A stretch of 34,999 nucleotides of DNA, taken from Actinomycetota bacterium. Its GTDB lineage: Bacteria > Actinomycetota > Acidimicrobiia > IMCC26256 > VFJJ01. The translations under genes were made by a program, and so were the position numbers. This document shows, one piece after another, positions 17,321 to 27,580 of the stretch; the first letter of the stretch is position 1; every line of letters begins with the position of its first letter. A model generated the notes under the pieces. That model saw only the letters and a list, made by a program, of their open reading frames with translations, did not search any database and was not told the origin of the DNA. The stretch spans positions 1 to 34,999 of the forward strand of contig VFJJ01000220.1 of NCBI GenBank assembly GCA_009886115.1. The letters are read 5' to 3'.

Positions 17321-17728
17321 ATGACGCAGGACCGGGAGGTTCGTGAGGCCATCGATCGGCTCTTGGCCGCCTACCCGCTCCTGCTCGATTCCGGCGACAT
17401 CACAGGCTGTGCCGAGCTCTTCGTCGACGAGGCGCAGTTCATCGTCAATGGAGAGGCCCGGGCGACAGGGCGCGACGGGGTGACCGCCATGTTTCAGCAT
17501 GTGGTGGACAGTGGTTCCTCGGGTATCCACCTGCCGGGTCCGCCCCTGGTTGAGATCGCAGGCGACGGCCTGACGGCCACGGTGTGGCAGAGCTTCCTCT
17601 TCGTCAGGAGCGGGTCGAACACGGTGGTGCGAGGCATGTACCGCGACGTGGCCGAACGTGACGGCGACCGGTGGCGGTTCCGCAGCCGCGACGTCGAGAT
17701 CTACCCGGGGCCCACACCCCGTGCCTGA
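17321..17728 (+). CDS. SnoaL-like / NTF2-fold protein
   Basis: IDRLLAAYPLLLDSGD..ELFVDEA..GRDGV..GMYRDVAERDGDRWRFRSRDV; AAGGGG RBS. Confidence 0.82.
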   Translation: MTQDREVREAIDRLLAAYPLLLDSGDITGCAELFVDEAQFIVNGEARATGRDGVTAMFQHVVDSGSSGIHLPGPPLVEIAGDGLTATVWQSFLFVRSGSNTVVRGMYRDVAERDGDRWRFRSRDVEIYPGPTPRA

Positions 17729-17729
17729 C

Positions 17730-17808
17730 CCGCCGGTCCAGCCGGCCGCCGGTCCAGCCGGCCGCCGGTCCAGCCGGCCGCCGGTCCAGCCGGCCGCCGG
17801 ATCAGCCG
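17730..17808. repeat. 16-bp tandem repeat (about 5 units)
   Basis: CCGCCGGTCCAGCCGG x4 plus CCGCCGGATCAGCCG. Confidence 0.9.
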
Positions 17809-17879
17809 AAGGCGCTGAGCCGCCCCTGCTGGTATCGATCGGCGAGCTCGATCGCCCATCACTGATCGTCTCGCGCATT

Positions 17880-18055
17880 CAACGCCTCGACGTTCGCCGT
17901 CGGGCCGGTACGGACCTTCGGCGGGCGCGCCGTCGAGAGGGAGCTCGTAGCCCGAGTGGCAGATGACGAAATCGATGTCGGGGAAGGCCTTGGCCGAGGG
18001 GCCGACATCACGGGGCGAGCCGTTGTCGACGAGCCGGCTGATCCCCTTGTGAGCG
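17880..18055 (-). pseudogene. Amidohydrolase internal fragment
   Basis: AHKGIS..SPRDVGPSAKAFPDIDFVICHSGYE resembles the amidohydrolase_2 core; no start or end. Confidence 0.6.
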
Positions 18056-18059
18056 CGTC

Positions 18060-18229
18060 GCGCACGATCTCGGGCGTCAGCTCCTCGATCGCCGCCTTCG
18101 AGAACACCCCGAGTAGGCGAGCGCTTCGTAGGTCCCGAACTTGGGCTGGAACACGATGTCGCCCGACGCCCGTCGGGCTGCGATGTCGTCCCAGGTGTCG
18201 TACAGGTCTGCGGGAAGGTCGTCGGGCAT
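18060..18229 (-). pseudogene. Probable cytochrome P450 5' remnant
   Basis: ATG just after the upstream gene's stop; MPDDLPADLYDTWDDIAARR, then out of frame VFSKAAIEELTPEIVR (C-helix-like). Confidence 0.45.
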
Positions 18230-18236
18230 CGTCGTC

Positions 18237-19427
18237 TCAGCCGTACGAGACCTGGTGGTCGGACTCCGCGGTGAGACCGAGCTCGGGCCACACGCCACCG
18301 ATGATGCTCTCCATGATCCCGTAGCCCACGGCGTCGCCTTCTCGTACCCGGACCGGGGTATCGCGGAACTGCCCGAGGCTGCGGAGGTGCTCGTCGTCGG
18401 AGCAGTCGGCGATGTACTCGCTGTCGAGGTGCAGCGCCCCCTTCCAGGCGCCGTGGATGTGGCCCGCCCAGCGGCCGTAGCCGGCGGTCTTCAAGAGGAA
18501 GCCCGAGTCGCCGACCGTCTCGACCTCGATGACGCGCTCGGTACCGTCGGCCATCGTGAGGCCCAGCTCGCCGCCGATCACGTAGCGGGTCCGTGGGTCG
18601 TAGTGGATGCGCGGCTCGACGTGACGGACGAGCGCCTGCGAGCCGTCGGCGTCGTTGACGTACGCGGACGTGTAGCCCCACACACCTTCCGAGAGGAAGA
18701 TGGCCGTCTCGTAACAGGTGCCGTCGGGACGCTGGAAGAACATCGGCGCCCACTTCATCGCACCCCGGGGCGGCTGCTTGGGGGTCGAGGCCGCCTCCGG
18801 GGCCGAGACCGGCGACGGGCGGCTGCCGATGAGATCGGGTACCGGAGCGCCGACGTTCTGGCGTACCCCCCAGGAGTGGTCGCGATAGCCGAACCACTCG
18901 TCGGGGCAGATCTCAAAGGTTTCGCCGGCCACGGTGATCGTCCCTTCGGCCCACCCACCCTGGTGGTAGCGGATGACGTCGACGTCGACCCGTCCGGTCC
19001 TGCGGTTGCGCACGAGGTTGCGCTCCTCGAAGAACGGCGGGGTCACACCCGTGAGCACCACGTCGAACGAGATCGGCTGCTCGTCGTTGGGCTCGAGACG
19101 GCACCGCGCCGACCGCAACGGATCGACGATCTCATAGTGGACTGGCCCCACCGCGACCTGCTCGGGCGCCGAGTCGAGCTCCCGGCTGGCCCGCACCGTC
19201 CATTGCTCGCGGCCGCGCGACACGCCACCGAAGCCGTCGATGATGCCCCGGTTGTGGTACTTGCCGATCCCGCAGTCGAGCTGGAGCGAGCCGTCGGAGC
19301 GGGCGATCGACAGCCAGATCTTCTCGGTCCAGGAATGGTCGGACTGCGAGACGGTGGCGAAGGTGTCGACGATCTGGTGGTTCAGGCTCTCGTCGGCCCC
19401 CCGCAAGGGCCCGATGTCACGGATCAT
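18237..19427 (-). CDS. Conserved protein with RDHSWG motif (paralogue of 7680-8801)
   Basis: AGGAGGAG RBS; DESLNHQIVDTF, GIGKYHNRGIIDG, TVRASREL, RDHSWGVR, GYGIME. Confidence 0.78.
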   Translation of the reverse strand: MIRDIGPLRGADESLNHQIVDTFATVSQSDHSWTEKIWLSIARSDGSLQLDCGIGKYHNRGIIDGFGGVSRGREQWTVRASRELDSAPEQVAVGPVHYEIVDPLRSARCRLEPNDEQPISFDVVLTGVTPPFFEERNLVRNRRTGRVDVDVIRYHQGGWAEGTITVAGETFEICPDEWFGYRDHSWGVRQNVGAPVPDLIGSRPSPVSAPEAASTPKQPPRGAMKWAPMFFQRPDGTCYETAIFLSEGVWGYTSAYVNDADGSQALVRHVEPRIHYDPRTRYVIGGELGLTMADGTERVIEVETVGDSGFLLKTAGYGRWAGHIHGAWKGALHLDSEYIADCSDDEHLRSLGQFRDTPVRVREGDAVGYGIMESIIGGVWPELGLTAESDHQVSYG

Positions 19428-20572
19428 GGTGTCTCCTCCTGGCGGGCGCGTATAGCGGCCATGCGTTCCTCGTTGGCCATGACCGGTCCGGATTCGAGCT
19501 CGTCGGCGATCCCGAGGTTGGCGAGCGCTCCGGCAGTGAGGAAGTGCACGCCGTAGCCCATCTGGGCCAACCGGAGGTCGTCGGTGATCCCGGCGTCGAA
19601 ATGCATGGCGCCCACGAGCAGGATGGCAGCCATCTTGAACATCTGCATGGCGCGATACCACTCGCGGTGCACGACCGTGATCCCGCTGAGCTCTTCGTAT
19701 CGGGCGACGAACGCATCGACGTCGAGCGAGGCCGGCAGGGAGGTGAACGTGCCCGGCATCGTCCAGGTCACCTCGGCCCAGCCGATGTCGGCCAACGGGT
19801 CGCCGACGGTCGACATCTCCCAGTCGAACACGGCCGAGACCTCGCCACCCTCGAACGCGAAGTTGCCGGGCTTGGGGTCGCCGTGCACCAGCGTGACGAT
19901 GGCGGAGGCCTCGGGCCGGCGCTCGCGCAGCGCCGCTTCCAGTCGCTCGAGCGCGGGGAGCGGCCCCCGCTGCACCCGCCGGATCTCGCCGACCCAGTGG
20001 TCGAGCTCGCGGTCGAGGTAACCGTGCCCGTTGCCGAGCGCGTCGAGCCCGGTGGCGCTCAGGTCGACCAGGTGGATCGCCGCGAGCTGCTCCACCAGGC
20101 TCTCCGACATGCGCCGCACCCGGTCGGGCGCGGCGACGAGCTCGTCGGGGATGGTCCGCTCGTACACGGTCCCGCCGAGGCGCTCCATCACGTAGAACTC
20201 GCGCCCGAGCACCTCGCCGGTGCCCTCGTACCACAGCGCCCGCGGCGCCCGGACCGGCGTCGCCTCGAGGCCCCCGAGGATGGCGAACTGGCGGGCCAGG
20301 TCGTAGGGCTCGAGGAGGCCAGGGGCGGGTGGGCGCTGTCGCAGCACGACGTCCTGACGGTGCCCGACGCCGTCGCCACGCCAGCACACGGTGAGCGTCA
20401 GCGTCTCGGCCGAATGGCCGAACTCCACACGATCGAGCGCCTCGACGCGGACGTCGTCACAGCCCGGCAACTGCGTGGCGAGCCAGGCGGCGAGCCGATC
20501 GAGACGGTCGACGTCGCGATCGTCGCGATCGTCGCGATCGGAGTCGGGATCGGAGTCGGGATCGGCGGTCAT
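19424..20572 (-). CDS. APH/ACAD10-11-like phosphotransferase
   Basis: VLRQRPP, FYVMERLGG, LVHGDPKPGN, VFDWEM, GDPLADIGW. Confidence 0.9.
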   Translation of the reverse strand: MTADPDSDPDSDRDDRDDRDVDRLDRLAAWLATQLPGCDDVRVEALDRVEFGHSAETLTLTVCWRGDGVGHRQDVVLRQRPPAPGLLEPYDLARQFAILGGLEATPVRAPRALWYEGTGEVLGREFYVMERLGGTVYERTIPDELVAAPDRVRRMSESLVEQLAAIHLVDLSATGLDALGNGHGYLDRELDHWVGEIRRVQRGPLPALERLEAALRERRPEASAIVTLVHGDPKPGNFAFEGGEVSAVFDWEMSTVGDPLADIGWAEVTWTMPGTFTSLPASLDVDAFVARYEELSGITVVHREWYRAMQMFKMAAILLVGAMHFDAGITDDLRLAQMGYGVHFLTAGALANLGIADELESGPVMANEERMAAIRARQEETP

Positions 20573-21768
20573 CGGGTCGGAGTGAAGCGGATGCGGATGC
20601 GGTCGTAGGCCCGAGCGAACGTGGCCGGCATGATCTGCGGCTCGTCGGGCTCGACGAGCTGCCAGTCGGGTATGCGCCGGAGGAGCTCCTCGAACATCAC
20701 CCGAATCTCGAGGCGGGCGAGGTGCGAACCCAGACAGAAATGCGTCCCGAACCCGAACGCCACGTGCCGGTTGTGGGCCCGGATCACGTCGAGCGCGTCG
20801 GGATCGTCGAAAACCCGCGGATCACGATTCGCCGACGCGTACAACAGCAACAGCTCGTCGCCCTCCTTGATTCGGCGCCCGTGGAGCTCGTGGTCGACCG
20901 TCGCCGTGCGCCGCATGTTCAATACCGGCGATACCCAGCGGATGAACTCCTCGACGGCCGTCGTCGACAGCAGCTCGGGCTGTTCCCGAAGGAGCTGGCG
21001 CTGCCGGGGCTGCACAGCCAACTCGCGAATCATGGAGCCGACGACGGTCCGCGTCGTCTCGGCGCCGCCGTTCAGGACGAGGATCGTCTCCGCGATGACA
21101 TGACCGACATCCCAGCCGTCCTGGTGGACCCAGATCGAGATGAGGTCGTCGGCTGGAGCGGATCGACGGGCTTCGATGATCGCCAGCGTGGCCTCGACGA
21201 ACTCGGCGAAGACGGGGGCGATGCCAGGATGGGTCTCGTGCGGCGGGCCGGTCGGCGATGTCTGGCCGGCGAGCAACATGACCTGCTCGGACCAGTGACG
21301 CACCCGCTCCCACATCTCGCGCGGGTACCCGAGGACGTCGCCGATCATGATCGCCGGCAGGCGCGACGCGATCGCCTCGATCGCCTCGCACTCGCCGAGC
21401 GGCGCGACCTCGTCGAGGATCCCGGTCACGATCTCACGGACGTGGTCCTCGTGGCTGCGCACCGCATGCGGGGTGAAGCGGCGGGCCACGAGGTTGCGCT
21501 GCACCTGGTGGACAGGATCGTCCAGGTTGATCATCGACCGGTCGGCGCGCTGGTCGAGGTGCGGACGCGACCCGGCGAACGACGAGTACCGCTGACCGTC
21601 CTTCTCGACGGCGACGACATCGGCGTACCGCGAGATCGCCCACAGCCGCTGCACGGGATCCCAGAACACCGGCTGCTCGTCACGGAGCCACCGGTAGGCG
21701 TCCCACGGATCGACGTAGAACGCGGGATCGAGGACGTTCACTGCGGGCGTCGTGGTCGGAGTGCTCAT
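20569..21768 (-). CDS. Cytochrome P450 (CYP142-related)
   Basis: SMINLDDP, GGAETTR, EEFIRWVSP, FGFGTHFCLG; ATGA-coupled to the phosphotransferase. Confidence 0.93.
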   Translation of the reverse strand: MSTPTTTPAVNVLDPAFYVDPWDAYRWLRDEQPVFWDPVQRLWAISRYADVVAVEKDGQRYSSFAGSRPHLDQRADRSMINLDDPVHQVQRNLVARRFTPHAVRSHEDHVREIVTGILDEVAPLGECEAIEAIASRLPAIMIGDVLGYPREMWERVRHWSEQVMLLAGQTSPTGPPHETHPGIAPVFAEFVEATLAIIEARRSAPADDLISIWVHQDGWDVGHVIAETILVLNGGAETTRTVVGSMIRELAVQPRQRQLLREQPELLSTTAVEEFIRWVSPVLNMRRTATVDHELHGRRIKEGDELLLLYASANRDPRVFDDPDALDVIRAHNRHVAFGFGTHFCLGSHLARLEIRVMFEELLRRIPDWQLVEPDEPQIMPATFARAYDRIRIRFTPTR

Positions 21769-21968
21769 CGGCCGACCCCACCATGCTGCGGGCGTTCCCA
21801 CGGCGTGCCGCACGTCCCCATGCGATCCCCTCCAGCGGTGGTCGGGCTGCACGTCGGACACTACCTACGCCGGGCGGGCAGCTGTCGCCGTCGCAGCAAA
21901 CGCGTGCCTGAAACTCCAACGAACCCGGCGAGCGGGCCTCCACGATCACCATCGTGGTTGACTCAGTC

Positions 21969-23723
21969 ATGACCGCCATGAGCCGTGCCGATGCGGTGGC
22001 CGCGCTCACCAAGCCCGGCGCACCGTTCGAGATCGTCGAGACCGAGGTACGAGGGGTCACCGTTCGTGCCTTCGCCGGGGCGCCGGCGTCGCTGCGGGGC
22101 GTGCTCGAGAGCAGCCGGGCGCACGGAACGCGGGACTTCCTCGTGTACCAGGACGACCGCTACACCTTCGCCGACCACCTGTCGATCGTCGCCGGCCTGG
22201 CGCGCTGGCTCACGACCGAGCACGGCATCGGCAAGGGCGACCGCGTCGCGATCGGGATGCGCAACTACCCCGAGTGGATCTTCACGTTCTGGGCGACCCA
22301 GGTGCTCGGAGCCGTGGCCGTGCCGCTCAACGCCTGGTGGACGGGCGCCGAGCTGCGCTACGCCCTCGACGACAGCGGCGCCCGGTTCGCGGTCCTCGAC
22401 GGCGAGCGCTCTTCCCGGCTGGCGGGCGCCCTGGCGGAGCTCTCATTGCCGTCGATCGTCGTGCGTCCCGATGGCGAACCGGGCGCGGGCGACCCCGGCG
22501 CCGGCGCTATCCCCTGGGCCGATGTGTACGCAGGGCTCGACCGCTCGGCCGACCTACCAGCCGCGGTCGAGATCGATCCGGACGACGACGCCACGATCCT
22601 CTACACCTCAGGCACGACCGGCCGTTCCAAGGGCGCCATCGGCACGCAGCGCAACCACGTCACCAACTATCTGAACACCGCGTTCTCCGCGGCCGTCGAG
22701 CGGATGCTCGCAGCCAGCGCGACCGCGACGGTCGCGACGGGCGCGGTCACTCCGGGATCGGCGCCAGTACCGGCCGTCGTCGCACCGCTTCCGTGCTCGC
22801 TACAGACGTACCCGTTCTTCCACATCGGCGGGCTCACCGCGGTCTACATCTCGACGGGCTTCGGCACGAAGATGGTGCTGCAGTACAAGTGGGATCTGGA
22901 GGAGGCGCTCGAGCTGATCCAGCGTGAGCGGGTGACGTCGCTCGCTGCGGTGCCGACCATCCTGCGGCGCGTTCTCGAATCCCCGCTCCTCGACCGCTAC
23001 GACCTCTCGACGCTCGGCAACGTCGGCTCCGGCGGAGCGCCGGTGCCCCCCGACCTCATCCACCGGGTCGACGATCTGTTCGCCTCGAAGGTGACTCCCG
23101 CGAACGGCTATGGCCTCACCGAGACGACCTCCGCGGTCACCTCCAACCGGGGCCGCGACTACCTCGATCGGCCGACCAGCGTCGGGCGGACCTTTCCCGT
23201 CGTCGACGTGCGCGTCGTCGATCCGGCGACCGGGGCCGACCAGCCGACAGGCGCCACGGGCGAGCTGTGGTTCCGCGGGCCCAACGTGGTGCGGGGCTAC
23301 TGGAACCAGCCGGAGGCGACCGCAGCGGCGTTCACCGACGGATGGTTCCACTCCGGCGACCTCGGCCATGTCGACGACGAGTCGTTCGTGTACGTCGTCG
23401 ACCGGCTCAAGGACGTCGTGATCAGGGGCGGCGAGAACGTGTACTGCGGCGAGGTGGAGGCCGCGCTCTTCGAGCATCCGGCGGTGGCCGACGTCGCCGT
23501 CGTCGGCGTGGCGCATCGCGAGCTCGGCGAGCAGGTGGCCGCGGTCGTGCAGCTCGCCGACGGTGCGGTCGTGTCGGCTGCCGAGCTGCAAGCGCACGTC
23601 GCCACCCGGCTGGCGCATTTCAAGGTCCCCGAGCTCATCGTGTTCCGCGACGAGCCGCTGCCGCGCACCGCGACCGGCAAGGTGCTCAAGCGGGAACTGC
23701 GTGACGACCTCACCCGGTCATGA
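21969..23723 (+). CDS. Long-chain acyl-CoA synthetase / AMP-dependent ligase
   Basis: YTSGTTGRSKG, GYGLTET, SGDLG, DRLKDVVIRGGENVY, TGKVLK. Confidence 0.93.
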   Translation: MTAMSRADAVAALTKPGAPFEIVETEVRGVTVRAFAGAPASLRGVLESSRAHGTRDFLVYQDDRYTFADHLSIVAGLARWLTTEHGIGKGDRVAIGMRNYPEWIFTFWATQVLGAVAVPLNAWWTGAELRYALDDSGARFAVLDGERSSRLAGALAELSLPSIVVRPDGEPGAGDPGAGAIPWADVYAGLDRSADLPAAVEIDPDDDATILYTSGTTGRSKGAIGTQRNHVTNYLNTAFSAAVERMLAASATATVATGAVTPGSAPVPAVVAPLPCSLQTYPFFHIGGLTAVYISTGFGTKMVLQYKWDLEEALELIQRERVTSLAAVPTILRRVLESPLLDRYDLSTLGNVGSGGAPVPPDLIHRVDDLFASKVTPANGYGLTETTSAVTSNRGRDYLDRPTSVGRTFPVVDVRVVDPATGADQPTGATGELWFRGPNVVRGYWNQPEATAAAFTDGWFHSGDLGHVDDESFVYVVDRLKDVVIRGGENVYCGEVEAALFEHPAVADVAVVGVAHRELGEQVAAVVQLADGAVVSAAELQAHVATRLAHFKVPELIVFRDEPLPRTATGKVLKRELRDDLTRS

Positions 23724-23776
23724 GCCCGGCCATGAGCCGTCGTCGGCGAACCTCGATTCCCCTCTGAAGGAGACTG

Positions 23777-26311
23777 ATGGACATCGACGGCGTGCTCGCA
23801 CAGTTGACCGTGGACGAGAAGGCCAGCCTGACCGCAGGCTTGGACCTCTGGAACATCGCCGGGGTCGAGCGGTTCGGGATCCCTCAGATCCGGGTGACCG
23901 ACGGCCCGAACGGGGCCCGGGGATCGGGCCTCTTCGGCGCGGGCTCGGTGACGGCCGCCTGCCTCCCGTGCGGGTCGGCGCTGGGAGCGACGTGGGACCC
24001 CGGGCTCGTCCAAGACGTGGGGGCGGTGATCGGCCACGAGGCGCGCACCAAGTCGTGCCGGTTCCTGCTCGCCCCGACGATCAACCTGCATCGGTCGCCC
24101 GTCGCCGGCCGGAACTTCGAGTGCTACTCGGAGGATCCGCTGCTGTCGGGCAAGACCGCAGCTGGATTCGTGCGGGGCGTGCAATCACAGGGTGTGGCGG
24201 CCACAGCCAAGCACTTCGTCGGCAACGAGGCGGAGTTCGAACGCACGACGATGAGCTCCGACATCGACGAGCAGCCCTTGCGGGAGCTGTACCTGCGCCC
24301 GTTCGAGCTGGCCGTCACCGAAGGCGGGCTCCTCGCCGTGATGACGGGTTACAACCGCCTCAACGGAACGTTCTGCACCGAGGACGCCGGCCTGCTCGGC
24401 ACCATCCTTCGCGACGAGTGGGGCTTCGGGGGCATCGTGATGACCGACTGGTTCGGCGCCGCCGGCACGGTCGCGTCGCCCGCGGCCGGTCTTGATCTGG
24501 AGATGCCCGGCCCGAGTCGGGCGTACGGCCAGGCGCTGGCCGACGCGGTGCGGGACGGGCGGGTGCCCGAGGAGCAGCTCGACGCGACGGTGCGACGCTG
24601 GCTGACGGTCATCGATCAGCTGGGTGCATGGGACGACGACGAACCGACCGAGGAGACGGTCGACCGCGCGGAAGACCGGGCGGTGGCACGCCGTGCCGCG
24701 GCCGACTCCTGCGTGCTGCTCACCAACGACGGCGTCCTCCCGCTCGATCCCGGCGGGAACGGGCGCGTCGCGCTGATCGGCCCCCGGGCTGGCGCGGTGC
24801 ACATGATGGGTGGCGGATCCGCGCAGCTCCGCCCGCACTACACGGTGTCGCTGCGCGACGTCCTCGCCGACCGTCTGGGCGACCGGCTCACGTTCGAACC
24901 GGGATGCCGGATCGACAAGACGACCCGCCAGATCGACGGTCGGATGTTGGCGACACCGGATGGCCGCCGAGGGGTGCTCGTCGAGATCTTCGCCGGCCAT
25001 GACCTCGAGGGCGATCCCGTGGCGACGATCGTCCGACCCGACACCCGGCTCGTGTTCGTCGGCGAGCCGGTTCCAGGAGTGGGCGGCGTGTTCTCGTTCA
25101 GAGCCACCACGATCCTCACGCCCGAACGCAGCGGCCCGCACGTCATCACGCTGGTCGATGCCGGCCGGGCCAGGCTGCTCGCCGACGGTGCCGTGCTGCT
25201 CGACGGCTTCGAGGCGCTCGCGCCGCGGGGCGCCGAGGCGTTCGGCATGGCGAGCATCGAGCGGGAGGCAGCGATCGAGCTCACGCAGGGCGCACCCGTC
25301 GAGATCGTCATCGAGTACTCCTCGCGGGACGCAGCGTTCCTCTACCTCGTCAAGGTCGGCCTCCGCTTGGCCGACACGGGGCGCGAGATCGACGACGCCG
25401 TCTCCGCTGCGGCGTCGAGCGACGTCGCGATCGTGCTCGTGGGGACGAGCGACGAGTGGGAGAGCGAGGGTCACGACCGCGAGAGCATGGACCTCCCCGG
25501 CGACCAGGACGAGCTCGTCCGGCGGGTCGCGGCGGCCAACACCCGCACCATCGTCCTGGTCAACTCCGGAGCGCCGGTCACGATGCCCTGGGCCGACGAC
25601 GTCGCGTCCATCGTGCAGGTGTGGCTGGGTGGCCAGGAAATGGCGGCCGCGATCGACGAGGTCATCTTCGGCGAGGCCGAGCCGGCCGGTCGGCTCCCGA
25701 CGACCTTCCCGCTACGCCTCGAGCACAACCCGACCTACAACACCTTTCCCGGAGCGAACGATCACCACCGCTATGGCGAGGGGATGCTCGTCGGTTACCG
25801 GTGGTACGACACCCGCCAGCTCCCGGTGCGATTCCCCTTCGGACACGGTGGCAGCTACACCACCTTCGCGTGGGGAAGCGCATCCGTCTCAGCCGACGTT
25901 CTCTCACCCGGCGCGACGCTCACCGTCACGGTGCCCGTCACCAACACCGGCACGAGGCGCGGCGCTGAGGTCGTGCAGTGCTACCTGGCCCCGCCCCGCG
26001 GGCGCAGCGCCCGGCCCGACCGGGAGCTCGTCGGGTTCGCCAAGCTGTGGCTCGAACCGGGCACCACGGCTACGGCCAGCATCGAGCTCACCGAGCGCGC
26101 GTTCGCTCACTGGGATCCCACCAGTCCCGACATCGATGATCTCGCTGCCCGCGCTGCTGCGATGCCGATGCTCACTCGTCCGGCCGACCTGCGCACCGAC
26201 GCCGGCTGGTGGATCGACGCCGGCACGTATCAGATCGAGCTGGGCGCCTCCGTGGCCGACATCCGCCAACGCCTTCCCGTCACGAGCGATCAGCGTCGGA
26301 TCGGTCCGTGA
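23777..26311 (+). CDS. Glycoside hydrolase family 3 beta-glucosidase with PA14 insert and Fn3-like C-terminus
   Basis: VTDGPNGARG, GRNFECYSEDP, KHFVGNE, MTDW nucleophile, ESEGHDR, YGEGMLVGYRWYD; AAGGAG RBS. Confidence 0.93.
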   Translation: MDIDGVLAQLTVDEKASLTAGLDLWNIAGVERFGIPQIRVTDGPNGARGSGLFGAGSVTAACLPCGSALGATWDPGLVQDVGAVIGHEARTKSCRFLLAPTINLHRSPVAGRNFECYSEDPLLSGKTAAGFVRGVQSQGVAATAKHFVGNEAEFERTTMSSDIDEQPLRELYLRPFELAVTEGGLLAVMTGYNRLNGTFCTEDAGLLGTILRDEWGFGGIVMTDWFGAAGTVASPAAGLDLEMPGPSRAYGQALADAVRDGRVPEEQLDATVRRWLTVIDQLGAWDDDEPTEETVDRAEDRAVARRAAADSCVLLTNDGVLPLDPGGNGRVALIGPRAGAVHMMGGGSAQLRPHYTVSLRDVLADRLGDRLTFEPGCRIDKTTRQIDGRMLATPDGRRGVLVEIFAGHDLEGDPVATIVRPDTRLVFVGEPVPGVGGVFSFRATTILTPERSGPHVITLVDAGRARLLADGAVLLDGFEALAPRGAEAFGMASIEREAAIELTQGAPVEIVIEYSSRDAAFLYLVKVGLRLADTGREIDDAVSAAASSDVAIVLVGTSDEWESEGHDRESMDLPGDQDELVRRVAAANTRTIVLVNSGAPVTMPWADDVASIVQVWLGGQEMAAAIDEVIFGEAEPAGRLPTTFPLRLEHNPTYNTFPGANDHHRYGEGMLVGYRWYDTRQLPVRFPFGHGGSYTTFAWGSASVSADVLSPGATLTVTVPVTNTGTRRGAEVVQCYLAPPRGRSARPDRELVGFAKLWLEPGTTATASIELTERAFAHWDPTSPDIDDLAARAAAMPMLTRPADLRTDAGWWIDAGTYQIELGASVADIRQRLPVTSDQRRIGP

Positions 26312-26401
26312 CGTGAGTCCTGGGGGTCAGCGCCCGTCTCTTCAGATGTGCTCGGGGGCGTGGGCCATCCCGGCGCTCTGATACTCCAGCTGCGTGGGCG
26401 T

Positions 26402-27580
26402 TCAGCCGTGTGACGGGGTGAACGCGACGGGCATGGCTTCGGGGCCTGAGATGAAGTTCGATGCCCGACGGGGAAGGGGATCGCCGGCGAGGTGGATGTC
26501 GGGGAGCCGCCGCACGAGCTCGTCGAACATGACCTTGAGCTCGATCCGGGCCAGCGATGCTCCCATGCAGAAGTGCGGCCCGAACCCGAACGCCAAGTGG
26601 GGGTTGGGGTTGCGCTGCACGTCGAAGCGATCGGGGTCGTCGAACACGGCAGGGTCTCGATTGGCCGACGGGTACATGATGATCACCTGCTCGCCGGCCC
26701 GCAACGTCTGGCCGTGGAGCTCGACATCGCGGGTGACCGTGCGGGACATGTTCTTGATCGGCGACACCCAGCGCAGCAGCTCCTCGACACCCGTATCGAT
26801 CGTGGCGGGATCGTCGCGGAGGATGGCCATCTGGTCGGGGTGGCCGAGCAGGGCGAGCATCCCGTCGGTCATGACGTGGCGGCTGGTCTCGTCGCCCCCG
26901 ATGAGGATCAGCAGGCTCTCCTGGATGATCGACTCGTCGTCGAGGCGCTCCCCGTCGATCTCGGCGTAGCACAGGATGCTCACGAGGTCGTCTTGCGGCG
27001 GCTTCGACCGGCGGTCGGCGATCACCCCGAGCTGGAACTCCCGGAATGCGAGCCCGGCCAGTGCGGCGGTGTGCATCGCATCGGGATCGTTGATGGTCGT
27101 TCCGCGGATCATGTCGTCGGACCAGTGGAGCAGGTCGTCGTACGACTCGGGCGGAAAGCCGAGCATGTCGGCGATGAGCAGGAGCGGCAGGGGCGCGGCG
27201 ATGTCCCAGACGAAATCGCACTCGCCGCGACCGGCCACCCGGTCGACGATCTCGGTGCACAGTCGGCGGATCGTCGCCTCGTGGTCGCGGACCCGGCGCG
27301 GCGTGAACCCGCGGGCGACGAGCTTGCGTCGACGGGAGTGCTCGGGATCGTCCATCGAGATCATCATCGGCAGGTGAAAGCCGTGTGGCCGTGGCGCCCG
27401 CTCGCTGGAGAACAGCTCCGGGTCCTTCTCGACGGCGAGCACGTCGCTGTAGCGGGTCAGGGCCCACACCTCGTTGGTGGCGTCCCAGTAGGCGGGTGCG
27501 TGCTCGCGCATCCATGCCCAGTCTTCGTAGGGCTGGCTGGCGTACCAGTGGCCGTCGAGGAGGTCGAACGTCTTGGTCAT
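26402..27580 (-). CDS. cyp142: Cytochrome P450, CYP142-like sterol side-chain oxidase
   Basis: LPMMISMDDP, GECDFVWDIAAPLP, LILIGGDETSRH, EELLRWVSPIKNM, FGFGPHFCMG; closely follows the mycobacterial CYP142 pattern. Confidence 0.85.
   Translation of the reverse strand: MTKTFDLLDGHWYASQPYEDWAWMREHAPAYWDATNEVWALTRYSDVLAVEKDPELFSSERAPRPHGFHLPMMISMDDPEHSRRRKLVARGFTPRRVRDHEATIRRLCTEIVDRVAGRGECDFVWDIAAPLPLLLIADMLGFPPESYDDLLHWSDDMIRGTTINDPDAMHTAALAGLAFREFQLGVIADRRSKPPQDDLVSILCYAEIDGERLDDESIIQESLLILIGGDETSRHVMTDGMLALLGHPDQMAILRDDPATIDTGVEELLRWVSPIKNMSRTVTRDVELHGQTLRAGEQVIIMYPSANRDPAVFDDPDRFDVQRNPNPHLAFGFGPHFCMGASLARIELKVMFDELVRRLPDIHLAGDPLPRRASNFISGPEAMPVAFTPSHG

Noticed and set aside
17730..17808. 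Possible CRISPR array
   Set aside because: Contiguous 16-bp units with no spacers and no cas genes
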